DNA of 64,000 nucleotides, from NCBI RefSeq assembly GCF_009914755.1, contig NC_060943.1, one strand, 5' to 3'. This stretch comes from the human T2T-CHM13v2.0 reference genome, Homo sapiens. Positions 1 through 22,840 of this stretch are shown here, one piece after another. The notes under the pieces are model-generated. The model was not told where the DNA came from, did no database searches, and saw only the letters and a list, made by a program, of their open reading frames with translations. The number at the start of each line of letters is the position of its first letter. Within the stretch, counting starts at the first letter, position 1. Position numbers and translations under genes: made by a program.

Positions 1-23
1 TGGTTGCCAGATTGCCTGGTTAG

Positions 24-1591
<1,568 letters not shown>

Positions 1592-1719
1592 TCCTTGTCG
1601 CTTTCAAACAGTGCTTCTAGGAGCTAACAAAGAAGTGCCTCTTTGTATGATTCCCCAAGAGAGACCCACCCAGGCAGCACCTAGCCAAGGGACAAAGACC
1701 ACTCCTATCCAAAAGCCCT

Positions 1720-2220
1720 TTGATTCAACTTTTTTTTATTTTTTTTTTCTTTTTGAATGTCATGCAATAATTCACAGTCCCAAGCCCACGGTTTTCAAAC
1801 AAGGTAGGAAAAAAGGAAAAAAGAAGCAAAGGAATCTGTGGTGATGGTGGGTTTTTCTTCTTCTTTTGTTGTTTCAAGCAGGACCAAATGTCAGAAAAAA
1901 ATGCCTCTTTTCTCAATCATTAATTTTTTTGTCCTTTTTAAAATTGTTTATTGTTATTATTATTTTTTTAAATTGATTTCTGCAGGCAGTAATAGTAGGG
2001 TTTGGTATAACCGGCAAGCACTCTTGTGTGTGTCTGAGAACGTGTGTGGGTGTGAGTGTGTCTGGTGGTGGGTGTAGGGCACTGGGATTCTGGTTCCTTC
2101 TGGCTTCTTTGCCGCACTCGGCCACCAGCTGTCTTCATCAGGGAAAGGAAAGATTCAATTGAGATGATAAAACTCATCAATAGAAGCTATTTTTTTCTCC
2201 CCGTTTTTTCTTTTAAAAAT

Positions 2221-2251
<31 letters not shown>

Positions 2252-2590
2252 CATGTTCCCCAAAGTTCTCCAAAAATGGCTGAGTTAATTCAAATCCCTT
2301 GGCTGTGTGGTTTGTCTGCTCCCTGCCTCCCACCCGAGAGCCCCTGTCGTGGGTGGGGGGATCGGGGCTGGTTGGGGGGCGCCGTGGCTGCCCAGGAGGG
2401 TCTCTTTTGGCCGAGGGTCTCTGCGGGACACCCTTGTGGCCCAGCCCTGGCCTCTCCAGAGTCTGGGGTCTCCCGGCTGGCCCTCTCCCGGGCCCTCTGT
2501 GCTGGGCCCCCGCGGCCTCTGCGCGGCTCCTCGGGTGGGGTGTGTGCGTGGGGTGCGTGGGGGGCCGGGCGGGCGCCACCTCGCCCGGGC
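1720..2590 (-). other. CACNA1A: 3' UTR of the long isoform (exon 47)
   Basis: Lies between the TAA stop (2593-2591) and the polyA region; contains a genomic A30 tract at 2222-2251. Confidence 0.85.
1735..1740 (-). terminator. CACNA1A: Polyadenylation signal AATAAA; cleavage expected near 1715-1725
   Basis: TTTATT on + at 1735-1740, near the end of the non-repetitive UTR-like sequence and before the Alus at <1591. Confidence 0.8.
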
Positions 2591-3135
2591 TTAGCACCAA
2601 TCATCGTCACTCTCGCTGTAGGGTTCGTGCAGGCCCTTCCTGGAGCCCGGCCCGCGGGGCCTGGCCAGTCCGTGCGCCGGGTAGTAGCCGTTGGGGAGTC
2701 GCCGGCCGTGCCGAGAAGGCGAGGCGCAGGCCGGGCCCGAGGCCCGGGGAGTCCTGGGCGAGCGCCCGGTGGCGCCCGAGGACGCGTGTCGTACGGGGGG
2801 TGGCGCGTCGTAGGCCCCGGCCATGGCCTCCTCGCCGCCCCCGCTGCCCGGGCCATCGGCCTCGTCGTAGTCGGAGCCCCGGTAGTAGCCATGGTGCCGG
2901 GGACCCGGGGGCCCCTCGGACACGTGCGGGCCAGATGCCGGCCACCGGGCCCCGCCGTGTCGACAGGCCCTGGGGGACTCGCTCCGGGCCGGGCCTGGGA
3001 CCCGCCTCTCCATCCTGGGCGAGCGGCCGCTGCTGTGGCCCCCCGTGGGCGGCCGATCTCCGGCCAGAGGCTCGGCCGTGGGGCCTGGGTACCTCCGAGG
3101 GCCGCTGGTGGCCGCCCGGCCCGGCCTGGCCACCG

Positions 3136-3176
<41 letters not shown>

Positions 3177-3330
3177 GGGGGCCCCGAGCCGCCGGCCTTA
3201 CGGATCACAGGGGAATAGGACACGTGTGGCCGGGGGGTGGAGGGGGTCTGGGGGAGCTGGCGGCGGCCCCGCCGCGGAGTGCTGGTACCAGATGTTGAGG
3301 GGGCTGGGCTTCCACTTACGGAACTACTGC
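2300..3330. promoter_or_regulatory. Intragenic 3' CpG island over exon 47 (CpG-rich sequence resumes at about 3730-4740)
   Basis: Very high GC and CpG density by inspection. Confidence 0.8.
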
Positions 3331-3331
3331 C
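2591..3331 (-). CDS. CACNA1A: Exon 47 coding part, long (GGCAG-including) isoform: GSSSVSGS...[12 protein letters not shown]...Q13...DDDWC*
   Basis: Acceptor tgtag|GGCAGTAG; 741 nt = 247 codons ending TAA; contains a PxxP motif and the C-terminal DDWC PDZ ligand. The acceptor 5 nt downstream gives an immediate TAG (short isoform). Confidence 0.97.
3137..3175 (-). repeat. CACNA1A: SCA6 CAG repeat, 13 units (polyQ)
   Basis: (CTG)13 counted on +; PP-Q13-AVA in frame. Confidence 0.98.
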
Positions 3332-3652
3332 CTACACGAAAATTGAAACAAAGGAAATCAAAAAAAAAGATACAACAAAATCAAAGGAGACACGGGATTG
3401 GGAGGAAGAGAGGGGAGCGAAGGGAGAGGGGCCGGGAGGAGAGGGAGGAGGGGGAGGGGGAGGAGGAGGAGGAGGAGGAGAGGGGGGACACAGGACATTG
3501 AATGGAAAAAAGCAACAGCCACAGGGAGGAGGGAGGGGAGGAGGGGGAGTGAGACAGGGAGGGGAGGAGTCGAAAACCAACACAACAAAGTGAAAAGAGA
3601 AATGAGAAATGGAGTTTTGTAAGTTTCGGGGTTAAAAATAGCAGAAGTTTCA

Positions 3653-4303
<651 letters not shown>

Positions 4304-4386
4304 TCAGACAGACACACAGGTGGTCGTGAGGGAGAGGTGGGGCAGATGCACACACAGGAGGCCACCTGGAAGGTGTGGGGGCCCTA

Positions 4387-4944
<558 letters not shown>

Positions 4945-5894
4945 TCAGGGCTCTGGGTGTGGCCAGGCCTCTGAGGGTGGAGCCTGAGGATTCCTCTGTC
5001 CCTCAGAGACAGGACTGCTCCTTTTGAGCCCATCCTGGGTTCTGACCAGAAAGATCTGATCCTCACTCTCCAGTCCTGGGGGCCCAGCCACAGTTGGGCA
5101 GGCTCAGGCTGGCCAGAGGGAAGCCCTCTCCACATCCAGGGTGCAAACCTGGGAGCCCTGGACTGCCGCACTCATCCCTGCCCCAGCTTGCTCTCCTGGG
5201 AGGGTGAGAAGCCTCCGACTGTGGCTGGCTGACCTATGGGCTCAGGACCAGGTGCCCGGCATGGCAGCTTTGGGTCCTCCCGGCTAACGGGGCTGTGCTC
5301 GCTGCCCCCACAAGTCTGAGTCCTTCTGGTGAGGCCCAAGCTAGGGAGCTCTGGGTGGGGGTGGGGGATACCCAGGCACTGGAGGCTCTGGGGGCCCACT
5401 CTTTTCCCTGGTGCTTCATCCCTGGGTCAAGCCCTGACACACAGGTTTCTCTGCAGCAGGCAGAGGAGGGAAGGAGGGAGATGGGGCAGACGCCCGCCTC
5501 CCAGGGTCCAGCCCAGCTGAGCGCTGGTGGCCCTGCTCCAGGTAGGAGCTGCAGGACCAGGGGTTGGTGGTGGTGTCAGGAGAAGCAGCCCCCCAGAAAG
5601 AGGTGCAGAGTGGGCCAGGCTCTTGGAGAGCCAGTGTCCTCCGGCGTGGGGGGCCCTGAAGAAAAGGGGGTAGGGGTGAGGATGGGGATGGCCCCGCCCA
5701 CCAGGGCTTATGGGTGAGGGGCACACACAGGACACCACACACAAGGATTGGGCTCCATGGAGGGGAGAGGGTGCGATTGCCAAAGAAAGGGTGGGGTCCG
5801 GGGACGGTGAGAGATGACGGGACTCCCTGGAGGGGGGGTGGGGAGGAAGAGGGGGCCGGAGCCCTGCTGGGCGCTGGGCAGGCGCGGTACATAC

Positions 5895-5930
5895 ACTGAG
5901 GTTATTCCCACGTGGCCGGCCCCTTCTCCT
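5895..5930 (-). CDS. CACNA1A: Cassette exon 44 (36 nt): RRRGRPRGNNLS
   Basis: acag|AGGAGA...CTCAGT|gtatgt; phase 0-0. Confidence 0.95.
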
Positions 5931-6854
5931 CTGTCACAGCCCCATGGGATGGTGCACACAGAAAAAACAGAAAGAAGAAAATAAATATAAAAGGCAAGAG
6001 GGAGAGTGAGGAGGTGGTGCATGGAGAAGAAGCCAAGGAGGGGAGTGGCACTGGCATCAAGAGAAATCGGAGGGAGAAGGCAGGGAGGAAAAGAAAAGTT
6101 AAAGTCCTGGCGGGTGGGTGTCCCAGGCCCCCGGGGCTGGGCGTCCTCTATTCCCATGGGTACAGAGGAGACAGACAGGAGATGCAGACAGACAAATGGC
6201 AGAGGCATGGGACCGAAAGACAGGACGGCGCAGCCTCGAGCCCCTGGCCCTGGGCTCTGCCTCATGCGATGCACACCCCAACCCCTGGCTCCGGCCGATG
6301 CTCAAAGCTTCCATGTGGTGGCCGTCAGCTGGGCTTGTCCCAACCCTCTCCTGGGGCCCAGCAGCTCGGTCCTGAGGGAGCAGCAGCATGCACGCTGGGT
6401 GCTCCCCAACCCACGTTCCCAGCAGCCAGAGGCCAGGCCCTCAGGTGACCCTGGTCCAGCCAGGCACAGCACAGCCTCCTGCCCCGTGCAGACGCCACAC
6501 ACGGCACACGGAAAGCTCGCCACAGCCACACATGCCACGCACCCGGGCCAGGCTCTCACAGCCATGCCCTGTTCTCCTCCAGAGGCGGGCTGCGTGCATG
6601 GGCCCCCGCTGTTCAGGCCGGGTGGGCAGCCAGCTATGCCTCTGGGCCCTCTGTCCCATGAGTCCAAGGCAACGGGATCACCTGCAGGTGGGCCTGGCAG
6701 CTGGGTGAAGCGGCCACACACAGACACACATCAAGCACACACCCCTGTGCCCCCCAATGACTCCCACAGAGACCAGACAGAAAATACGAGCCCAGCTGCC
6801 CCCAGACCCACCCCAGACTCTGCTACTGTATCCTAGGACCTGCCAAGTTCCCAT

Positions 6855-7012
6855 ATGCAGACACGTGTGCACGTACATGTGTGCATGTGTGAGTACATGT
6901 GCAGTGTGTATATGCCCACGTGCACACACGTGTGTGTATGCAAGCATCTGAGTAGGCGCACAGCTGCACATGTGTGTGCATGTATGTTGAGCATGTGTGT
7001 GTGTGTTTGTGT
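6855..7012. repeat. Degenerate (TG/CA)-rich alternating purine-pyrimidine repeat, intron 43
   Basis: gtgtgcacgtacatgtgtgcatgtgt... Confidence 0.85.
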
Positions 7013-7379
7013 AGGGGTGATCTTCGTGGCAGGTCTCAGCTGGCCCTGTTGAACCCTGCTGCACCCACAAATCTTCCACAACCTCCCCTGTCTGCAGCCT
7101 CCAACCAGGGCAGCCAGAGACCATTTTGCAGTGGCCACTGCCCTCTGCCCCAGGGGGAGCACTTTCCTCTCTGTCCTCTGTGAGGGAGGAGGGTCTGCAG
7201 GTGCTCCAGGTGTGACCAGGTGGTGGGTGGGGCCTGCAGACTGCTTCAGAGACTGAAGGAGTCCCTACCCAGGCCTGAGTCCGGCAGGAGGGGATGCACT
7301 GGGCTGCTTGTGGGGGGGCCTGGCCCTACCCAGTGCAGAGTGAGGGGTCCAGCCCCAGGGCAGTGGTGAAAGCCCTCAC

Positions 7380-7493
7380 CTGGTTCTCTGCAGGGAGGCG
7401 GGGCATGGAGGCAGCCCGGCCCTGGCCTTCCATGGGGAGGTAGTGCTCGCTGTCGGAGTAGCCATCTCTGCCCATCTCTCGCATCTCCACGGA
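7380..7493 (-). CDS. CACNA1A: Exon 43 (114 nt, cassette): [19 protein letters not shown]...AENQ
   Basis: cag|TCC ... CAG|gtgagg; phase 0-0. Confidence 0.97.
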
Positions 7494-7660
7494 CTGCGGA
7501 GCAGATGGCAAAGCCAGATGAGCTCTGGGGCCTGACCTCCAGATCCCTGGTGTCTGCAGAGGGAGGGAGCTGCAGGTGTGTGTGTGGGGGGGGCCCAGAT
7601 CCCTTCCACCTGAACCACCCGGGCCCTGGGAGCCATTGGGGAGTTGGGGGACAGAGGCAC

Positions 7661-7799
7661 CTGAGAGTTAGGCTGGCTGTTGGGCATGTCGGTAGGGGGG
7701 CCTTGTTCCGGACTCCATGTGCCCGTCTTCTGGAACATCTCCTGGGCACGCTGGGTCACCCAGGACGGGCTCTCCTTGAGGCCGCTTTCGTGAGCCATC
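7661..7799 (-). CDS. CACNA1A: Exon 42 (139 nt): [24 protein letters not shown]...PNSQ
   Basis: gcag|GATG ... CAG|gtgcct. Confidence 0.96.
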
Positions 7800-7906
7800 C
7801 TGCATGGGGGACAGAGGCCGGGGTAGCAGTGGGCGCTTGGGCAGCTTCCAGAACGTGGGGACCACGGCACCCCCACACTCCACCTCCCTGGCAGGGGTGA
7901 CACTCA

Positions 7907-8137
<231 letters not shown>

Positions 8138-8329
8138 TCATCCATCTAGACCCTTCCAATTCCACGCAGAACTGGACCACTTCTCACTCCTCCACCCAAG
8201 TCATAGCCCCAGCCTGGTCCCACGTCCTCATCTCTCACTGCAGGCACCTTCTCCCAGGTCTCCCGCTCCTACCTTCAACCCCACTGTTCCACAAGAGCCA
8301 CCAGAGGGCGCCCATGAGCACTTGAGTCA

Positions 8330-8930
8330 GGTCCTATCCCTCCTTTGCTTAGAACCCTCCATGGCTCCCACTTGCTTGGGGAAAAAGCCAGAGTCCTTCC
8401 TGCAGCTCCCATGGCCCTGAAGGATCTGCCCTGTCACCTCCTTGCCCTTGTCTCCTCCCTGCTCTTTTCCACCACACTGGCCTCTTTGCTGTTACCCAAA
8501 CAACCCAGGCACGGTCCAGCCTCAGAGCCTTTGCACTGGCTGTTTCCTCTGCCTGGAACACCCTTCCAGGTATTGCTTAGCTCACTCCCTCTCCCCTTTT
8601 CCTTCAAGCCTTTGCTCACATGTCACTTTCTCAGGGAGGCTCCCCAACTACCCATTTCCCACCGCATCCCCTCCTCCCCTGGATACTCCTATCTTCTGGA
8701 TTCTTCTCCACTTTCCCCCACGACACTTTCTTTCTCTTTGCTGGATGTTGCACGATTCAGTCATTTGCTACCATTGGCATTTCCCCACTTGGAATGTCTG
8801 CTCCCTGAGGGCAGGGATTCTGGCCTATTTTCCCCATGGGTGCATCCCCGAGGACTGAGAACAGCGCCCTGCACACAGTAATACTCAATAAGTGTTGGTG
8901 GAGCAGCTGAATGAAGAATGAATCCACATG
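8330..8930 (+). mobile_element. LINE-2 3' fragment
   Basis: L2-type 3' end: gcacacagtaatactcaataagtgtt...gaatgaa. Confidence 0.7.
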
Positions 8931-8946
8931 ATGTGTCCTTGGCAAG

Positions 8947-9390
<444 letters not shown>

Positions 9391-9511
9391 GCCCCTACTT
9401 TTCAGGGACCTGCCCTGGGGCTCAGCCACCCTCATATTCCAGTTGGTTCCCGTGGTGACATGCAAGCCACTGTCCCCAGCCCAGATGTCCCCAGAGCGGC
9501 GAACAGCGCAC

Positions 9512-9612
9512 CTGCTCCTCGCGCATGGCCTGCAGCTTCTTGGCCTTGCTCTGCCGGTAGTACTCCATGATCATCATGGCTGCGTAGATCTTCCCCACGG
9601 TGAGGTCCGTGG
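9512..9612 (-). CDS. CACNA1A: Exon 40 (101 nt): IQ-like calmodulin site [19 protein letters not shown]
   Basis: cag|CCACG ... CAG|gtgcgc. Confidence 0.97.
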
Positions 9613-9771
9613 CTGGGGGCACACACACGGTGAGCTCACCAAGGGCAGGCCTCTTTGGGGCCCTTGTCCTGGGTCCCTGTGTATACCAGCCCAGGCCAAC
9701 ACTCTCCCCAGGCCTCCCCTTTCCCTCCCCCTCCATCTGTCCTGGTGGATTGGATCCCAGGGCTGGGCTCA

Positions 9772-9930
<159 letters not shown>

Positions 9931-10233
9931 TCAGCTGGACTCTGGGTCAGCTGCAAAGCCATAGGCTCCCGAGAACGAGACCCCAATCTTTCTGGTCCCC
10001 ATGGGGTCTCCAGTTCCCCAACGGCCTGGCCCAGAGGAGGCCCTGGGCAGTGCTGCTGGAATGACCTTGTGGGCTCTGGTTTTCGGTGGGGCCAGGACCA
10101 TGGAGCAGCTGTGCAGGAGACAGCCCGGCATGGAGAACAGCTGGGCGACCTGGGTCCCAATCTTGTCTCCCAGTTATCGGCTGCATGACTTAGGTTATTC
10201 TACCACTTAGTAACTCAGTTTCTCCATCTGTGA

Positions 10234-12045
<1,812 letters not shown>

Positions 12046-12108
12046 ATTCTGACAGTCAGAATGTCACTGTGGGCTGCTATTTGGATATGCTAACTGGGTT
12101 TACGTTTA

Positions 12109-12614
<506 letters not shown>

Positions 12615-12980
12615 TTAGCCTGCTGGAAAGGAAGCTCAGTGTGCTTAGAAAGTGAGCTGAACTATGAAAAGAAAGCGCGTTATGTTCTCCTGAGACCCGC
12701 ATCTGCTCAAAGGGCTGCCACTGTTATCACTCTTCCATTGTTGTCCCCACACCCTCTTGACCTTCCTTAACCCCGAGAGCCTGGCTCAGCTGTGGAACTC
12801 CAGGATGAGGCCTGGCACCCACTGAGGACAAGAGGTGGAGGGGCTCCTGGCTGAGAAATCTGGGGGATCATTGTCTTCAGGGAACTGAGTGGCATCTGGG
12901 GTACAAGTAACAACTGTGACAGCCAAATTCAGAGACATCTCCAGGAGTCTTTGAAACCCTCAGGAAGGGAATCCAGTAGG

Positions 12981-14710
<1,730 letters not shown>

Positions 14711-14800
14711 GATTCTCAGAGTGCCACAGAAGCTGAGTTACGATGGCATTACATACAAAGAGTGGGGGTGTTGTTAGACCCGTTGTACAAACGAAGGAAC

Positions 14801-15933
<1,133 letters not shown>

Positions 15934-16456
15934 ATCATATAGCTCACTGCAGCCTTGACATCCCAGTCTCCAGTGATCCTCCCACTCCAGCCTCCCAAGT
16001 AGTTGGGACTACAGGTGCACATCACCACACCTGGCTAATTTTAAAATTTTCTGTAGAGATGGGGTCTCTCTGTGTTGGCCAGGCTGATCTTGAACTCCTG
16101 GCCTCAAGTGATCCTCCTGCCTTGGCTTCCCAAAGTGCTGGGATTACAGGTGTGAGCCACTGCTCCCAACTTCCTTGTGCTCTCTTTACCTTCACTTTGT
16201 TCCTGGCATTAACAATATCTGTCCTCCACCCCTCCAGTCCCCCACCTTCCCTGCCACTTCCTCCTTGAGTCTTGCCACGTGGCCTTGGCTCTTCCTCCCT
16301 TCTTTCCCTCAAGACCCTGGAAGGCACATATGTCTCGAGGCTCAGTCTTCCCTCCTCCTGACTTACTAGTGGTTTCAGCTGGGCTCAGCACCTTCCCATG
16401 TGTGGGACTATCCACCTGCTCCTCTCCCACCCACTCCTTTTCTCTGGTCCCATTTG

Positions 16457-17093
<637 letters not shown>

Positions 17094-17296
17094 TGACCAT
17101 GATGACCAGTCACTTGTGATCCTTGTCATCCTTGGTCTCTGGGCAGTGCCTGACACGGTTGGTCCCCTTCCTCCTGAAGCCGCCCTTTTAAACATAGAAG
17201 CTGCCTCCAGGAGCCCACACTGCCCTGGTCTCTGCCCGCCTCCCTGGCCTCCTCTTCTTCTTTCCCCCTAATGATGGAGAGTGAGCCCTGAGCTAG

Positions 17297-18905
<1,609 letters not shown>

Positions 18906-19222
18906 CTACCCCTAGATCTAAGCTGCCGCCCTGTCTCCACCCAGATGATATCAGCAGCCCCCACACTGGCCTCCTTTCGGTCTCCCATCCCCTCAGTGGC
19001 CGGAGGGAACCTGTTCAAATGTGAGTTGGGTCAGGTTCCTCCTCTGCTCTGAACCTGCGTGGCGTGCCCTCACTCAGAAGGTGAGTCAGCTCAATGCCCC
19101 GGGTGTCCTGTGTTCACCCCTCTGTCAGGGCCTTTGCCAGTCCTTCTGCCTGGAGCACCTTCCCCCCAGGGATCCATGAGACACTGCCTTACCTCCTCAG
19201 TGGCGGCCTCCCCATCCATCTA

Positions 19223-19921
<699 letters not shown>

Positions 19922-20008
19922 CACCAAAACCCCAAACCCCAAAAAACCCTGTGGAACGAATGAATGGAAGAGTGAATGAAGATCCGGGTGGTGACAGCAG
20001 ATCCTCTA

Positions 20009-20188
<180 letters not shown>

Positions 20189-22840
20189 CTACAGAAAACC
20201 CAAGGCAAGCGCAGTCATTCCCAGGCATCCCTCCTGGGTCTCCCGTGAGCCGCGCCCGCCCCTACCCAGGGAGTCCCAGGAAGAACTCTGAAAGCTGTGG
20301 CGGCTGAGGTGTCTCTTACTTAGGTTACCTGTCCCAGTACTCAGTTTCTCTTGGTGGCCCGCAGGGAGGGCACAAAAGGCTCTCTTGTACTTCTGGTCCC
20401 CTGCCCTCTCCTTTTTTCCCCCACCTGCTTGACCTGAGAGCTGGCATTTCCAGGGTTTGCCTCAACCCTTGCCCCACCCCCGCCCTGCCCCAGAGTTCTT
20501 CTGGATGGCCCCGTTTCAGTCTGACCCCAAAGAAAAAGAGCACAAGCTGGATTTGAGCAGTGCATGCAACAGCCAAGGCTGAGGGGGCCAGGACCACAGC
20601 CGCTGGTGGGGGGTGCCACTGGCTCCCCACACCCAATCCCTGGCTTGGCCCAGACCAGGACAGAGCAGATGGGCACAGACCACATCATTCCTCTGAGAAG
20701 CAGCAGGCAGGCAGCCCCCCACTGACGGGGCAGGCCCCTCGCAGGCATGCAGCGAGGCTGTGACACAGAACAGCACAGACAGGGGCGCATGCAGACGGAA
20801 TCTCGAGACTCATTCATAGCTCCGTGGGAAGTGTATCTCAGGGGCATGTCCAGATCTTGGCTCTCTGTGCAATGGCAGGGGGAAGGGGTGAGGGGCACTC
20901 CCTTCCAGCCCAGGGAAGAAAAGATTCCCCATGTCCCAGGCAGGGGCTCTGTCCACCATGCTTGGTGGCATGGGAGAGGATGCTGGGCTGGTGTGCACCA
21001 GCCCAGGCTGAAGTGGCACAGAGAAGGGGGGTGAGGGCAACTTGGGTGGGGATTCAGACACAAGTGGGCAGGAAACACAGAGTTGAAGATGGGGAGGGGT
21101 ATGGTAAATCCAGAGCAGGACACTGGAGGGGACACTGGGGGTAGGGTGGGGAAGGAGGTGGGAAATAGAGAAACACACATAGACTGGGCCACTGTGCACA
21201 GTTGTGCAGGTTGTACACCGCACAAAGGGCTCCCATCTTGGAAATGATAGATTTATGTACTTATTTATTAATTAAAATATTTTTTCTTTTTGTAGAGATG
21301 GGGTCTCGCTATGTTGCCCAGGCTAGTCTCGAACTGGGCTCAAGTGATCCTCCCGTCTCAGCCTCCCAAAGCACTAGGATTACAGGCATGAGCCACCACG
21401 CCCAGCCCCCGATTTGTATATTAAATATAACAGCTTCCCAGGTGATAGAAAAAAAGTGTCTTGTTCTCACCACATTGGTAGATTGCAACAATTTTCCAAC
21501 AGGCATGTTCTGTGGAAAGGGTGCCTTTTTCAAATTTGCACAAAGTTGTCTTATGGACCCATGGTGGTCCTGCACAAAGACCAGGAGAGGAAGGGCTCGC
21601 CCTCCCTCTCTTGCACATGCGCACACATTCATCTAAGCAGAGACTGAGAGAAGCGACTTGAGGAAAACCGGGGGGGGGGGGGGCGGCAGGGAGGGGCACA
21701 GAGCGACAGGTGCCAGGAGAGGCTCATTGTCTGAGATGCTGGTGGGACAACCTTGTCCCCGGCTTTGATTGAGAAGGAGGGGAGACATATAGGTTAGGTG
21801 AGGAGGGGTGCACAGAGGAAGGAAAGGAATGAGGTGGCAACACGGGGCAGGTACAAATAGCATTGATGGATAGGGACGCAGGGAAGATCAAGGTGGATGG
21901 GAGAATAGGATGATGGGGTAATACTTTTTGGGTGGGGAGAATCTTTAAAGGTCATCCCTGAACTTCTTGTGGATGAATGGAGGGAACAGAGCATCTGTCC
22001 TTGGGCACCAAGGGAGATTCCAGGACAGGGATCTGGAGGGGTGGCCCGGGCCAGCCGCTTGGCGGCAGGACGCTCGCTCTCTCAGCCAGCATGCACCACC
22101 CCCCGTCGGCCATGGTGCCTGCCCGCCCCAGGCCCCGCCAAGGCAGCGTGCATGGCCTGCATCAGTGTGCCACCGTCCAGGGGTCCAGCTGCGGCCGCCT
22201 GCCCACTCTGGAACAATGGAGAGGCATGTTGGGGTGTCTTGGGGGGATTAGGGACGGGGGCTGGGGACGAAACTCCAGGGGAAGGAAGGGAGGGGAAGAG
22301 AGGTTCTTGGTGCTCCTTGGAAGGTCTCGAATCCCCAAGGCCCTAGGTCAGAGATCAGCTTCAGGTGTGCGTGGCAGGGGCGGGGACCCGGGACCTCGCC
22401 TGCTTTCGGGGGCTAAAGCCCCTCTCTGCAAGGCGCCTGCCCCAGCCTGGGCATGGGGGCCGCTCTGGGTGGGCAGAAGTGGGAAGCATGGGTTTTGACT
22501 CCCTGAAGAAGCGTGTTTGTTTCCAATTTGGTACCTGGGAGACCAGGTGCAAGGGGACCTGGGCGCTCCCCTCCCCCTCCCCCCGGCATGTCGGCCATAA
22601 TGGAGTCTCAAAACACGAAGACACTCATCAGAAAGGACGGACACAGTGTGCTGCTTAGAATCAAGGGATGGTCATGATCAGTTGACTCGAGAAAAGAAAA
22701 AAAAGAATCAAAAACAAAAAAGAAGAGAAACGTTGGAAAAAGAGAGTCGGCCGGGTGTTTCTGGTCAGCACTAAAAAAAAAGAAGAAGAAGAAAAAAAAA
22801 CCCAGTGCCTGGACGTCGGTGGTCGGCAAGGGTAGTCTAC

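Noticed and set aside
2290-2892. 200-aa ATG-initiated alternative-frame ORF overlapping exon 47 and the 3' UTR
   Set aside because: GC-rich, stop-poor region with low-complexity Arg/Pro/Gly product; no independent support.
6006-6836. 276-aa + strand ORF in intron 43
   Set aside because: GC-rich intron, GTG start, no homology recognised.
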